DNA of 45,411 bases from a virus (Duplodnaviria; Caudoviricetes): positions 1 through 45,411 of the IMG/VR virus record IMGVR_UViG_3300033182_000655, one strand, 5' to 3'. How positions within the stretch are numbered: the stretch's first letter is position 1; every line of letters begins with the position of its first letter. Positions 18,051-28,325 of the stretch are shown piece by piece. The position numbers and the translations under genes are program-made. Below the pieces are notes generated by a model. It worked only from the letters and a program-made list of their open reading frames with translations, ran no database searches and was not told the origin of the DNA.

Positions 18051-19380
18051 TATAATAATCTCCATACTCTATTAATATAGTTGAACCCTCTCTATCGTAT
18101 GCCTTTGTAAATTCCATAAATATATTCTCTGTTTTATCAAGTACCACCACTTCTACTTCTGTCAACATACTTTTCAATTCCTCTATATAGTTTTGAGTAT
18201 GTTGTACTCCACCATTTAATGGTTCACGAGAACCAATTGCAGTTCTTATAATAACTTTTGGTTCCATTTGACCATTACTCATATTTTGAATTTTATCTAA
18301 ATGATTCACCAAACTATCCATACATCTAAGTAAGAAGTCCATTCTTGGAAAACAACTAATTGGAATATGTCCATTAAGTGCCATACCTGTACTCATTCCC
18401 ATTTGTATTTCTTCAAACACAGGTAATTCTAATCTCTTTTCATCATCAATATCTTGTAATGTCCCATAAATAGAATTACCACTATACTTAACTGATTGTC
18501 CCATAAAAATAGTATTTTCTTTATCACTTAACCATTTCATAGAACGATTTAATTCATCTTTATATCTCATAATAATTGGTTCTCCATTATCATCTTCTAC
18601 CATTTGAAATTTCATGTCCATATCATGAAATCCAAACGCAGTTTGTTTTCTATGTGGAAGAATAGATGTTGTATGATTACCTAAAGAAAACTCACTTGAT
18701 AAACTTGGTGATGCAAACTTTAAATCATATTTTTTTAATTCTTCATAGTTCTCATGTATTAATAAATCTTCATTTTGTTTAAATACCATACCACTTGTTT
18801 CATCAAATCTATAAATGATTCCTTTTTTACTTTTTGCATTAGTAAAATAATCAGAAGTAGATTCACAAAACTTTTTTGACCTCAATGTTAATCCACCATT
18901 GAAATGTCCAATATCTTCTATAAATTCAGAATCATCTTTTTGAAATCCATCAGATATTGTATATACTAAGTCGTAATCAAGAAACTCATCTTTCCATTTA
19001 TCAATATTGGTTATGAAACAATCCCATTGAATCAATAGTACATGTCGTGCATCAAAGTATTTATGTAGATATTTTAATATAAACTCTCCATAATCATGAT
19101 AGTCCATTGTACCTTTCAATTGAATCCAATTGTGTTCTTCACATGGATGTGGTGGTACAAGTGGTGAAACAATAGCGAAACTCCTAAAAGGTAATTTCTC
19201 CTCAAACTCTTTTAGTACCTCAACACTTTTTTCAAGTCTTTGTTGTGAAACTGAATCACCACACCCATCAATCAATCTAACATCAATATCATATTTATAA
19301 TCTTTATTTTTATAAACATGACTCGTATTAGGATAGTAATCATCTTGCCAATAATATCCTTCTGTATGGTCTTTAATCAT
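18040..19380 (-). CDS. DUF5672-like (GT-A-like) domain fused to a transketolase/E1beta pyrimidine-binding domain
   Basis: N-half HVLLIQWD...DYD...NGGLTLRS...NED...FGFH; C-half IFMGQSV...ELPVFEEIQMGMSTGMAL...PRMDF...LVNHLDK...GVQHTQ. Confidence 0.8.
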   Translation of the reverse strand: MIKDHTEGYYWQDDYYPNTSHVYKNKDYKYDIDVRLIDGCGDSVSQQRLEKSVEVLKEFEEKLPFRSFAIVSPLVPPHPCEEHNWIQLKGTMDYHDYGEFILKYLHKYFDARHVLLIQWDCFITNIDKWKDEFLDYDLVYTISDGFQKDDSEFIEDIGHFNGGLTLRSKKFCESTSDYFTNAKSKKGIIYRFDETSGMVFKQNEDLLIHENYEELKKYDLKFASPSLSSEFSLGNHTTSILPHRKQTAFGFHDMDMKFQMVEDDNGEPIIMRYKDELNRSMKWLSDKENTIFMGQSVKYSGNSIYGTLQDIDDEKRLELPVFEEIQMGMSTGMALNGHIPISCFPRMDFLLRCMDSLVNHLDKIQNMSNGQMEPKVIIRTAIGSREPLNGGVQHTQNYIEELKSMLTEVEVVVLDKTENIFMEFTKAYDREGSTILIEYGDYYNDR

Positions 19381-20113
19381 AAAGATTTATTCTTTCCCTT
19401 TTCATTTGACCACCTGGATTAAAGTGTGCATCTTGTCTAAGATAACTACCGAGTGCAGCTCTTCTCCATTTAGTCTCTGATTTGTTAGTCTCTGAACCAT
19501 GAATTATATGTGAATGTAAAAATATAACATCACCCGAATTCATTGGTAGGTATATTTTTTCATATCTATCTGTCCAAACACCATCAACCCATTCTCCTGG
19601 TATATGACAAGGTTTACCTCGTTCATTTCTCCAATCGTCTGGATTTGTTAATAGTCTATCCTCATCAATATTGATTGGTAGACATGATTCCACTTGTGAA
19701 CCAGGATAAACATATAGACATCCATTCTCTTCATCACTATTATCAATGGCACATGATGCATTTATAATATCACCTCGGTTTGCATGAGAGTAAAAAATGT
19801 TTTGATGAACATCCCTACCCAACTCACCTGGTGGTTTAAAGTACATCCAAGTTTGTAATCCATCTACTTTACCACCAATTAGTGTTTCAATTATTTCTAA
19901 AGTTCGTGGGTGTCTCCACAACTTATCAAATAACTCTGAATCTCTATGTGTATATGCATATGGTCTTGTGTTATCATCTTCTTCTGAAGTTTTCCTTAAT
20001 TCAATCAATCTGTTACCTTCTTCTCTATATTCATCCATTACTTCTGTAGGGAAAATATTTTCTACATAGTAACCATTCTCTTCATAAAAAGAAAGTATTT
20101 CATTATTCGTCAT
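19373..20113 (-). CDS. Fe(II)/2OG dioxygenase, PhyH family
   Basis: FYEENGY, YFKPPG...HQN, DNSDEENGCLYVYPGS, GDVIFLHSHIIHGSETNKS..WRRA. Confidence 0.85.
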   Translation of the reverse strand: MTNNEILSFYEENGYYVENIFPTEVMDEYREEGNRLIELRKTSEEDDNTRPYAYTHRDSELFDKLWRHPRTLEIIETLIGGKVDGLQTWMYFKPPGELGRDVHQNIFYSHANRGDIINASCAIDNSDEENGCLYVYPGSQVESCLPINIDEDRLLTNPDDWRNERGKPCHIPGEWVDGVWTDRYEKIYLPMNSGDVIFLHSHIIHGSETNKSETKWRRAALGSYLRQDAHFNPGGQMKRERINLYD

Positions 20114-21053
20114 TTCCGTACTCCTGTTTATACCAATCCATTGTCTTTCGTATTCCCTCGGACAAAGAAGTTTTGGCTTCCCATTGGTATTTATTTTTCA
20201 TTTTATCAGAACTTATTTTTCTGATTGGTATCATAGATGGTTTACCACTAATGTATTCAATTGGTGCTTTGTAATCTGCAACTTTCATACAAGTAGTTAG
20301 TATTTCATTAACATTATAACTCGTGTTAGAACCGATATTCACTACTTCATATTTCTCTTTACAATTTTCCATCACATTAACTAAACCATCTACAAAATCT
20401 TCTATGTATATAACATCTCTAACATCTCCACCTGTTCCCCAAACTTGAATTGGATTGTGTTTATCAATTACTTTTCTAATTGTTGCAGGTGTGACATGAC
20501 ATTTATCAAAATCCCATTTATCATGAGGCCCATAACAATTACCTGGTCTCACCACTATACAATCCATACTTGGTGATAATTGATTTGCATATAAATCACA
20601 CAACACCTCACCATATCGTTTCATCCAACCTACTGCATGATAAACTGGATAAGGTTCTTCAAATATGTTCCAAGTCTCATCAACCAATTTATCACCACTT
20701 GGTGGATATACGGTTGAACTACTGATAAAAACATATTTCTTTACTTTGTTGAAATATGCTGCTTCAATTAATTGTGTATTCACAATTACATTTGGTGTAA
20801 CATGAACCAAAGGTGACTTTACGGTATCAACCGCATTTGAAGTATTTGCAGAACAATTAACAACTATATCCATACCCTCTGTGATTTCTTTACAAAATTC
20901 CATATCTCGTAAATCACCATAAAAGTATTTTACACCATCTACTTCTTTTTTATTTTTATGTATTGTCCCATATACTTCGTATCCGTCTTTTACTAATCTC
21001 TCTACAAGATTATATCCTATCAGTCCTGATGTTCCTGTTACTAAAATTTTCAT
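20103..21053 (-). CDS. GDP-fucose-synthase-like NDP-sugar SDR
   Basis: VTGTSGLIG, ISSSTVYP, RPGNCYGPHD, HVTPATIRK, WGTG..RDVIYIED. Confidence 0.85.
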   Translation of the reverse strand: MKILVTGTSGLIGYNLVERLVKDGYEVYGTIHKNKKEVDGVKYFYGDLRDMEFCKEITEGMDIVVNCSANTSNAVDTVKSPLVHVTPNVIVNTQLIEAAYFNKVKKYVFISSSTVYPPSGDKLVDETWNIFEEPYPVYHAVGWMKRYGEVLCDLYANQLSPSMDCIVVRPGNCYGPHDKWDFDKCHVTPATIRKVIDKHNPIQVWGTGGDVRDVIYIEDFVDGLVNVMENCKEKYEVVNIGSNTSYNVNEILTTCMKVADYKAPIEYISGKPSMIPIRKISSDKMKNKYQWEAKTSLSEGIRKTMDWYKQEYGNDE

Positions 21054-22342
21054 AAGTCGTTTACTCCTAATATTTTGTTTAAATCCTCATATACATTTGG
21101 TGTTTGGTTTAATACTATATCAAGTATTACATTTCTATTATGTACAAATTTATCTTGCATACTCCAATAAATTTTGTGTAATTCTTCTTTACTGAATTTC
21201 ATCACTCTATCAATTTCCGATAAAACCATTTTCAATCTTTTTTGTGGGTCAAATTCTTCATCATAACTTTCATCAAATAATTCAGAAAAAGTTTCAAATC
21301 CCATTTCTCTTAATTTTTTCAAACTATGTTTTTGATTCACTATAATAAATGGATGATATGACCACAATGCATTTAAAGTTTTTTCTGTTAAGAATATTGG
21401 TAAATGATGTGAATAATTGTGATTGTTTAACTCCATCTCATAATTTGTCTCACATACAACACTAAAGTATGAGTTGTTATAAAAATCATAATTAGGACTA
21501 TAACGACCTTCAAAAGATTGTGTATTATCAAACTCTTCCCAATCAATTCTAATCGGTACTCTATTTAAAAATTCTTCATTATAATATTTTAATAATTGAA
21601 ATTTTTTTAAAATTTGTGGATTAAAAACATTTCTATCAATCGTTTTTAAATCATCATTAAAACTAATCAACCCTTCATTGTCATATTGATTTTTAAATAA
21701 ATGAGTTTGAACAATAACTCTATGGGACAATGGATTTGCCACAAGTGATAAAATTTTATTATCTCTTAATTCAAGATTAGGTTTCAAGAACAATCCTTCT
21801 TTTTCATACAATTTATTATACTCTCCACCCATTGTAGTAACTGAATTATCTCTGTTTATAAATTTATTAACACCAAAATATACAAATGGAAAAAAGTCAT
21901 TATTATAAAATTTAAATGGTATTTCTTCTTCGGAATTTTTCCAACTTTTATAACACTCCTCAACATTTAAAGTTGTTAAAAATAAATTAATTTGATTTGG
22001 ATGAATACCTACATTATCACAAAAATCAAATAAATGTTTCCATCTCATTCCAATATCACAACCCTCACCTAAACCATCTATGATTATTTTAAAATCGTTG
22101 TTTGCATTATCAAGTAGTTTTTTCATACTTTCAATGTTTTCTTCTTTATCGTCTTGTGAAAAATGTTTATCCAAGTCAAATAATGACATTACAAAAATAT
22201 CCCAATCTTTTTCATTATAAATTTGAGAACCATCTGAATCCTCTCGTTGTTGGTAATAATTTTTAACATTCATTCTTGAGTCACGATTGAAAAAAATTCT
22301 AAACAAACTATCACTATATGAATCTAATATTAATACTTTCAT
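21050..22342 (-). CDS. GT10-like glycosyltransferase paralogue 2
   Basis: YFSVVCETN...FLTEKT...HPFII...MGFETF..FDESYD..D..R. Confidence 0.65.
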   Translation of the reverse strand: MKVLILDSYSDSLFRIFFNRDSRMNVKNYYQQREDSDGSQIYNEKDWDIFVMSLFDLDKHFSQDDKEENIESMKKLLDNANNDFKIIIDGLGEGCDIGMRWKHLFDFCDNVGIHPNQINLFLTTLNVEECYKSWKNSEEEIPFKFYNNDFFPFVYFGVNKFINRDNSVTTMGGEYNKLYEKEGLFLKPNLELRDNKILSLVANPLSHRVIVQTHLFKNQYDNEGLISFNDDLKTIDRNVFNPQILKKFQLLKYYNEEFLNRVPIRIDWEEFDNTQSFEGRYSPNYDFYNNSYFSVVCETNYEMELNNHNYSHHLPIFLTEKTLNALWSYHPFIIVNQKHSLKKLREMGFETFSELFDESYDEEFDPQKRLKMVLSEIDRVMKFSKEELHKIYWSMQDKFVHNRNVILDIVLNQTPNVYEDLNKILGVNDL

Positions 22343-23427
22343 GATACGATGTCTCTTACTTGTTGTTGTATTCTATTCATTTGAAAATCATTATTGAAAA
22401 AGTGGTCTACATTATGTAACACATTATCTGTTGTCTTTTTGATTTCATTTGAAAAATCTTTATCACTCATTTCACAAAATCTTTTAACTTCTGAAACAAT
22501 TATACTAAGTCTACTTCTCCAATTTTTTTTGGTATCATAAGATTCATCAAATATATTATCATATGTTGCATATCCCATTTCACGAAGACCCTTCAACATA
22601 CCCTTATTACCCATTAATAAAAAGGGTAAACCGAAGTACAATGGTCTCAATGTCTTTTCTGTAAAGAATATTTTATCATCCATATTTGATTCACTCTCAC
22701 TAACAATATCTAAATTATAATTGTTATACATTGGTAATAGATTTTCTTTCCATGCATACCACCATTTACTATCTGCATAAACATAATTTATATGAAAATC
22801 AATATGTTCGTTTTTTTTCATCTTATGCCAAGATACTCGGTTATGTTCTCCTTCGTAAAGTTTATCAACTTTTTTCTGTACATTTACATTTTCAAAGTTG
22901 TAATTATCTAATGGTTTATTATATTCCATTATAGAGTAATCTACATGTTTATTTAAATTATTTTTTTCAATAAAATTTATCAATTTTTCACGATGTGGTT
23001 TTATTTTACCATTCATTGAGATGAATCTTTTATTTTTTAACTTACCTAAATTTCTTTTAACATTCTTAATAACTTTATTTTTATAATCAACACCAAAACT
23101 TTCTCTTACACAAATCTCCATAAAATACCCATGCAAAGTATTTATTGTTTTTTTGATTTTATTTTTCCTTACAAATTTTTTGTAATTTTCACTAAGACTA
23201 CAATCTCCCATTACTAATACTATTTTATTTTCAGGTATACTTACTTTTCTCAAATACTTATGTATATCTCTAAATACAACATCATTAGATACTTCCATCT
23301 CATGTGATAATATAATATAATCAAAGGATTTATCAGGTATATTATTAGTGTATATATCTTCAAAAGTCATAAAATATAATTCATGATTTGAAAACATGTT
23401 TTGTAATATATTATTAAAACTATACAC
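22339..23427 (-). CDS. GT10-like glycosyltransferase paralogue 3
   Basis: FISMNG..KPHR; IVSES...FFTEKTLRP..PF..G...MGYATY..FDESYD. Confidence 0.65.
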   Translation of the reverse strand: MYSFNNILQNMFSNHELYFMTFEDIYTNNIPDKSFDYIILSHEMEVSNDVVFRDIHKYLRKVSIPENKIVLVMGDCSLSENYKKFVRKNKIKKTINTLHGYFMEICVRESFGVDYKNKVIKNVKRNLGKLKNKRFISMNGKIKPHREKLINFIEKNNLNKHVDYSIMEYNKPLDNYNFENVNVQKKVDKLYEGEHNRVSWHKMKKNEHIDFHINYVYADSKWWYAWKENLLPMYNNYNLDIVSESESNMDDKIFFTEKTLRPLYFGLPFLLMGNKGMLKGLREMGYATYDNIFDESYDTKKNWRSRLSIIVSEVKRFCEMSDKDFSNEIKKTTDNVLHNVDHFFNNDFQMNRIQQQVRDIVS

Positions 23428-24448
23428 TATCTAATTCCTTTATTAAACTTGATAGTTTATCTATTTGACCCCATGATAATTTTTTAGCAATATGTACATT
23501 GTGTTTTAATTTAGATTGTGTATCTTCACTATAATACCAACTATGTAATTCAACTAAACTTTTTGATGAAAGTCTTTTAATTTCCATACATGCCTTACTC
23601 CATCTTGTCTTATCGTCTTCAATTTCGTCATAAGTTTCATCAATCAAATCAAAGAAAGTTTGAAATCCAAAACTTTTCAGTACTTTTAAAAATCCTTTAG
23701 TTCCCAATATTATAAATGGTTGAAAACTCAATATAGGTTTCCAAATCTTTTCATCTAAAAAATCATCATGATTTCCACCATAGTTTGGTAGTGTCACAAT
23801 ACTAAAATATGAATCAAAATACTTCGGATAATTAATTAATGTTGGGTCTAATATAGAATGTCTTCCCCAACTTGAATCACCATCAAGGTATATTGGTTCA
23901 GTATTTTTTGTATATGAATAATAAATCTTTGGAAATAAATTATTTGATTTTATAAATTTATATAAATAATCTCTGTGTGGTTTTTTCTCTCTATTCAAAG
24001 ATATAAAATGTTTACTTCTTAAAAAGTTTTTACCTGACATAAATAGTGTTGTTGATGTATCTAAATCATTTTTTTCTATCATATGTGATAATAAATAATT
24101 AAACACATTTTCATGTTGAGTAACACCAAATTGTGGAATATGATTTGATATAGATGGTGTTATAATATAAATTGGTCTATTGTCTACAATCTCGGTTTTG
24201 GTTGGGCCCCAACCTAATGCAGAATCATCTACTATGATTATCACAGGACACAATACATTTTTTAATTTTTTATGTAACTCTCCTTGATGAAAATCTGAAG
24301 TGAATGGTTCTCCATTTACTATCAGTATATCATCTGTAGTGTGTTCAAAATCAAGGTCAACAACTTCTTTGACTTTAACATCTATCCATTTTAATATTGT
24401 TTTTAATAGTTTGGGAAACATATCCCCATTATCTAAAATATAAATCAT
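23420..24448 (-). CDS. GT10-like glycosyltransferase paralogue 4
   Basis: FISLNR..KPHR; YFSIVT...FLDEKIWKP..QPFIILG...FGFQTF..IDETYD. Confidence 0.65.
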   Translation of the reverse strand: MIYILDNGDMFPKLLKTILKWIDVKVKEVVDLDFEHTTDDILIVNGEPFTSDFHQGELHKKLKNVLCPVIIIVDDSALGWGPTKTEIVDNRPIYIITPSISNHIPQFGVTQHENVFNYLLSHMIEKNDLDTSTTLFMSGKNFLRSKHFISLNREKKPHRDYLYKFIKSNNLFPKIYYSYTKNTEPIYLDGDSSWGRHSILDPTLINYPKYFDSYFSIVTLPNYGGNHDDFLDEKIWKPILSFQPFIILGTKGFLKVLKSFGFQTFFDLIDETYDEIEDDKTRWSKACMEIKRLSSKSLVELHSWYYSEDTQSKLKHNVHIAKKLSWGQIDKLSSLIKELDSV

Positions 24449-25368
24449 TTTTGTAATTCCTCATAATACTCTATTGTTTCTGTTAATCCCATTTGTAATG
24501 TGTATTCTCTTTCAAACCCATATGTCCTCATTCTATCTGTATTCATTTGTCTTCTCATATCACCATTTGGTTTTGTCAAATCATACTCTATCTCTACACC
24601 AAAGTAATTTCCAATCACATTTGCAATATCTGATATTCTAACTTCTTCACCACTACCAAGATTCACAACATCATTTATTCTATTTTGAACCATATGAATC
24701 ATACCACGAGCAACATCTTTTGAATATATGAAATCTCGTATTGGTGTTCCATCACCCCAAACATTCAACACTTTATTATGATAACCTTTTTTAATCATAG
24801 ATGCAATCACGGTAGATTTATCACCAAAATTATCAAAAGGGCCATATATGTTGGATGGTCTAACAATGGATATATTTTTATAATCGTTTGTAATACTAAT
24901 TGCTTCACAACTTAACTCTCCCATTCGTTTTATGTATGCAGGGATTTTATCATTCGGACTTGGAACTTTATCCCATACATCATCTTCATTATAATATTCA
25001 CTTGGTGGATAAACACCTATTGAACTTGTGTAAAGAAACCAATCAGGTTTCCATCTACCAACTGCACGAATCACATTGGTATCAAATTGTAACATTGGTA
25101 AGTAATCCTCTGGTCTTTCCTTTACTCTTAAAGGTGAACCCTTAATACCTGCCAAGTGATATACATGGTCATAATCTGCAATGATACCTGTGTGTGTAGT
25201 ATATGTCATATCTAACCCATAATACTTTACATTACTTGGTAAATCTTTTGGTATGTTGTAATCTTTATCAACCACACCAACCTTTCTGTAAATCTTTGAA
25301 CACAACTCAACAAGTTGTCTTCCTACCATTCCTCTTCCACCTATTATTAATGCTTTTTTATCTTTCAT
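24445..25368 (-). CDS. GDP-fucose-synthase-like NDP-sugar SDR
   Basis: IIGGRGMVG, HLAGIKGSP, TSSIGVY, RPSNIYGPFDNF, WGDGTPIRDFIYSKD, TKPNGDMRR. Confidence 0.85.
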   Translation of the reverse strand: MKDKKALIIGGRGMVGRQLVELCSKIYRKVGVVDKDYNIPKDLPSNVKYYGLDMTYTTHTGIIADYDHVYHLAGIKGSPLRVKERPEDYLPMLQFDTNVIRAVGRWKPDWFLYTSSIGVYPPSEYYNEDDVWDKVPSPNDKIPAYIKRMGELSCEAISITNDYKNISIVRPSNIYGPFDNFGDKSTVIASMIKKGYHNKVLNVWGDGTPIRDFIYSKDVARGMIHMVQNRINDVVNLGSGEEVRISDIANVIGNYFGVEIEYDLTKPNGDMRRQMNTDRMRTYGFEREYTLQMGLTETIEYYEELQK

Positions 25369-26030
25369 TTTATCTCCTTTAGTAGATATTCAAACCATTC
25401 TTCATTTCCTTTATCATTTGGATGACCATCATTCTGTGCATATAAACTTGTATCTTTTTTCTTTTTCATTAATTCTGAATATCTACCACCACAAAATTCT
25501 TCCCATGATTTATTAAGAAAAATATTATAAACATATTCAAATTCAGGTGAATGTTTTTTAGTTAAATTTTTTAAATCACCAATTGAATTAAAGAAAATAA
25601 ATTTTGGTAATATTCTTGAAAGTGATAAAATATATCTATTTGTATTATCAAGTAATACTTTTTCATTGAAGTAGTTTCTCCAATAAAATTCCCAATGTTT
25701 TAATTCTTCCTTTGTGTATTGGTCTTTATTTGTATTTTCAAAAGTTGCAACATCTATTTTTTTGTACTCATTATTTAAATCATCCCAATATTCAAATCTT
25801 GTAGATTCAGTCCAACCAATTAAAAATAAAGTTTCATTTACTTTATCTTTATTATTATTTATCCATTCGGTTACTTTTCTAAATATCATCTGATTAGAAC
25901 CACCACCTTCTGCTAAATTAATATCTTCTAAATCATAATGAGATGCCATTAAAGTTGAAAGACGATTCTTTTTATCAGAAGTTCCATATCCTTCAACCCA
26001 ACTACATCCACAACTCACTAAATATTTCAT
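25365..26030 (-). CDS. SGNH hydrolase-like protein 2
   Basis: GCSWVEG, INLAEGGGSN, GWT..RFE, DGHPN..G. Confidence 0.75.
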   Translation of the reverse strand: MKYLVSCGCSWVEGYGTSDKKNRLSTLMASHYDLEDINLAEGGGSNQMIFRKVTEWINNNKDKVNETLFLIGWTESTRFEYWDDLNNEYKKIDVATFENTNKDQYTKEELKHWEFYWRNYFNEKVLLDNTNRYILSLSRILPKFIFFNSIGDLKNLTKKHSPEFEYVYNIFLNKSWEEFCGGRYSELMKKKKDTSLYAQNDGHPNDKGNEEWFEYLLKEIK

Positions 26031-26833
26031 TTTTTAAATTCACTCCCAAATGCAGGTAAGTCTTTTATACTTTCATCTACTTGTATTTCTACAGGCTGTT
26101 CTTCACCAATGGTCGTACCTTTATATCGTATACCATTATTATAAGAATCCATATTATACCCAACCTTTGATTTTGGTTTCTTCCAATGTAACCATTTGGA
26201 TTGTGGTAAGTTAAACATTACATTACCACCAAAATATTCATATACAGATTTAATAACACCCGCGTGTATATTTGGAATGATATCACCATTAATATGTTCG
26301 TAACCAAACCCATCAATAGTATCCTTTTCTAAATCTTCTTTACTAACCTCACTAATTCTATTTAGATAATAATCACCTGAATAATCATCTCCACACATAA
26401 ATCCATTTACCTTTAATTTAGGATAACCAAGTTCAATGTCTTTTTTAACTATAGAATATTCGTGTGCACCATCAATATGAAATATATCAATGGAATCATC
26501 TTCAATATCCTTAATTAAATCATTTGAATTACCAACTCTTAAATCAATAACTTTTTTATTATCAGGATGAATATTACTCCAAAATATTTTTTTATTTTCT
26601 TCAATATTATCTTCATCATATTTTATATCACTATCATCAGTTACAGAAATATTACCCTTAAACCAATCAATAACAATTAATTCACCATTCCAATATCTAA
26701 CCATCTCTGCAATCTGATTTGTTTCATGACCATTCCATGCACCAATCTGAACCACTCTAATATTCTCTTTACCAAAAACATTAACTAATGATGATGTCCA
26801 ATATACTTTTGTATGACCTATCATCTTACCCAC
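26027..26833 (-). CDS. SAM-dependent methyltransferase (Methyltransf_24-like)
   Basis: VQIGAWNG, IDWFKG, GNS, IDIFHIDGAHEY..V..D...LKVNGFMCGDDY. Confidence 0.85.
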   Translation of the reverse strand: MGKMIGHTKVYWTSSLVNVFGKENIRVVQIGAWNGHETNQIAEMVRYWNGELIVIDWFKGNISVTDDSDIKYDEDNIEENKKIFWSNIHPDNKKVIDLRVGNSNDLIKDIEDDSIDIFHIDGAHEYSIVKKDIELGYPKLKVNGFMCGDDYSGDYYLNRISEVSKEDLEKDTIDGFGYEHINGDIIPNIHAGVIKSVYEYFGGNVMFNLPQSKWLHWKKPKSKVGYNMDSYNNGIRYKGTTIGEEQPVEIQVDESIKDLPAFGSEFKK

Positions 26834-28317
26834 TCGGTTAAAAACTTTAGATGATTTTCAAATACATTATGATAAAAATCATTAATAAAATATTCATGAT
26901 TATACACCATTTCTTTCTTATGACTATAAGTCAATTTATGTAATTCTTCTTTTGGCATATCAGTCAATCTTTTGATATTATCATAAATCATTTTAATTCT
27001 TTTATGTCCATCTTTTTCTTCATCAAAACTATAATCAAACATCTTATCATATATTTTGAATCCTTGTTTTTGTAACGCCTTAATACTTCCTGGTTCTGAA
27101 ACAGGTAGGAATGGTGTTCCAAGTGCAAGTGGTCTATAAATCTTTTCAGTAAATACAGGCCCACCAGTTATCCTATCATTCTTAAACCCACCTGAATATG
27201 TTTCTGCACATACATCAAAGTATACATTTAAATAAGAAATGGGATTATAATAAGGCCCATATGTACTATCGTAATGTGTCAATGTTCTTTTACCTTCATC
27301 CTCTAATGCAGATTCATATGAGTGTGCAAGTGTCATTCCATCTGTAATTCTGGCAGTGGTATAATCCAAATTATCTAAAGTATCTTTTTGTTTAATACCA
27401 ACCATGTCATGTGACAAAGGTAATACCTCTCTAATTACATCAATATATTTTCGTTTAAAATCACTTTCATTATTTACATGACATATTTCGTAAATATTAA
27501 AAGACCTATCTGCGAAAGATGCATCTCCCATTGATGGAAAAAATATATTACCATCTTCACCTATATCTTGAAATGAACAAAAACCTTTTTTATGAATTTC
27601 TGATTTTATTATTTCTGCCATCAATATAACTCTTGCAAGTCTTGGCATAAAATTATTAAACATAAAATGTTTTGGTCTTAAAAAGTATTCTTGATTTACA
27701 ATTAACCTTGACCATAAATTATCATTTGCTAATTTGTTAAAAGATTCCCATGCATTATTCATATGTAATGGTAATACTTTTACATTTATATCTTTAGAGT
27801 ATTTTTCAAATAATTCATCAACAAGTTGGTCACCATCTGTATATAAAATTGAACTATGTGGTATTTTTTCTTTATCAAGAAAGTTAACTAATTCACCTAT
27901 TGTGTCATTTACAATTCGTTCTTCAGGTGTACAATCAATCCATATTTTTGCAATACCCTTTCTTACATTCTCTACATGTTTACTATCAAGACCACCATTA
28001 ATTAGATATTTTATTTGTCTTGTTGGGCCTGGTGATGATGAATCTGGTTGATATTCTACATAAATCAAGTAAGGTTCATTTGTATTTAAAGTGTTTTCAT
28101 CATGGTGTATTTTAAATTTTCCACGACCACCATCAAAATAATAAAACATTTGTGATAATGCATTTCCATACTTGTTTTCATTATCAGATGGATATAAATA
28201 ATCATGGGTATCAAATTCTTCATCTAAATGTTTACTTTTTTTTGGTGGTTTACCATAGTGAAACTCTTCTCTATTAAGTTCTTGTGATGAGTATTTGAAT
28301 GCTAATATATTAATCAT
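26821..28317 (-). CDS. GT10-like glycosyltransferase paralogue 5
   Basis: YFDVCAET...FTEKIYRP..PF...GFKIY..FDYSFD..D..R; start ATG 28317 with AGGAG SD. Confidence 0.65.
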   Translation of the reverse strand: MINILAFKYSSQELNREEFHYGKPPKKSKHLDEEFDTHDYLYPSDNENKYGNALSQMFYYFDGGRGKFKIHHDENTLNTNEPYLIYVEYQPDSSSPGPTRQIKYLINGGLDSKHVENVRKGIAKIWIDCTPEERIVNDTIGELVNFLDKEKIPHSSILYTDGDQLVDELFEKYSKDINVKVLPLHMNNAWESFNKLANDNLWSRLIVNQEYFLRPKHFMFNNFMPRLARVILMAEIIKSEIHKKGFCSFQDIGEDGNIFFPSMGDASFADRSFNIYEICHVNNESDFKRKYIDVIREVLPLSHDMVGIKQKDTLDNLDYTTARITDGMTLAHSYESALEDEGKRTLTHYDSTYGPYYNPISYLNVYFDVCAETYSGGFKNDRITGGPVFTEKIYRPLALGTPFLPVSEPGSIKALQKQGFKIYDKMFDYSFDEEKDGHKRIKMIYDNIKRLTDMPKEELHKLTYSHKKEMVYNHEYFINDFYHNVFENHLKFLTEWVR

Positions 28318-28325
28318 AGTTTCTC

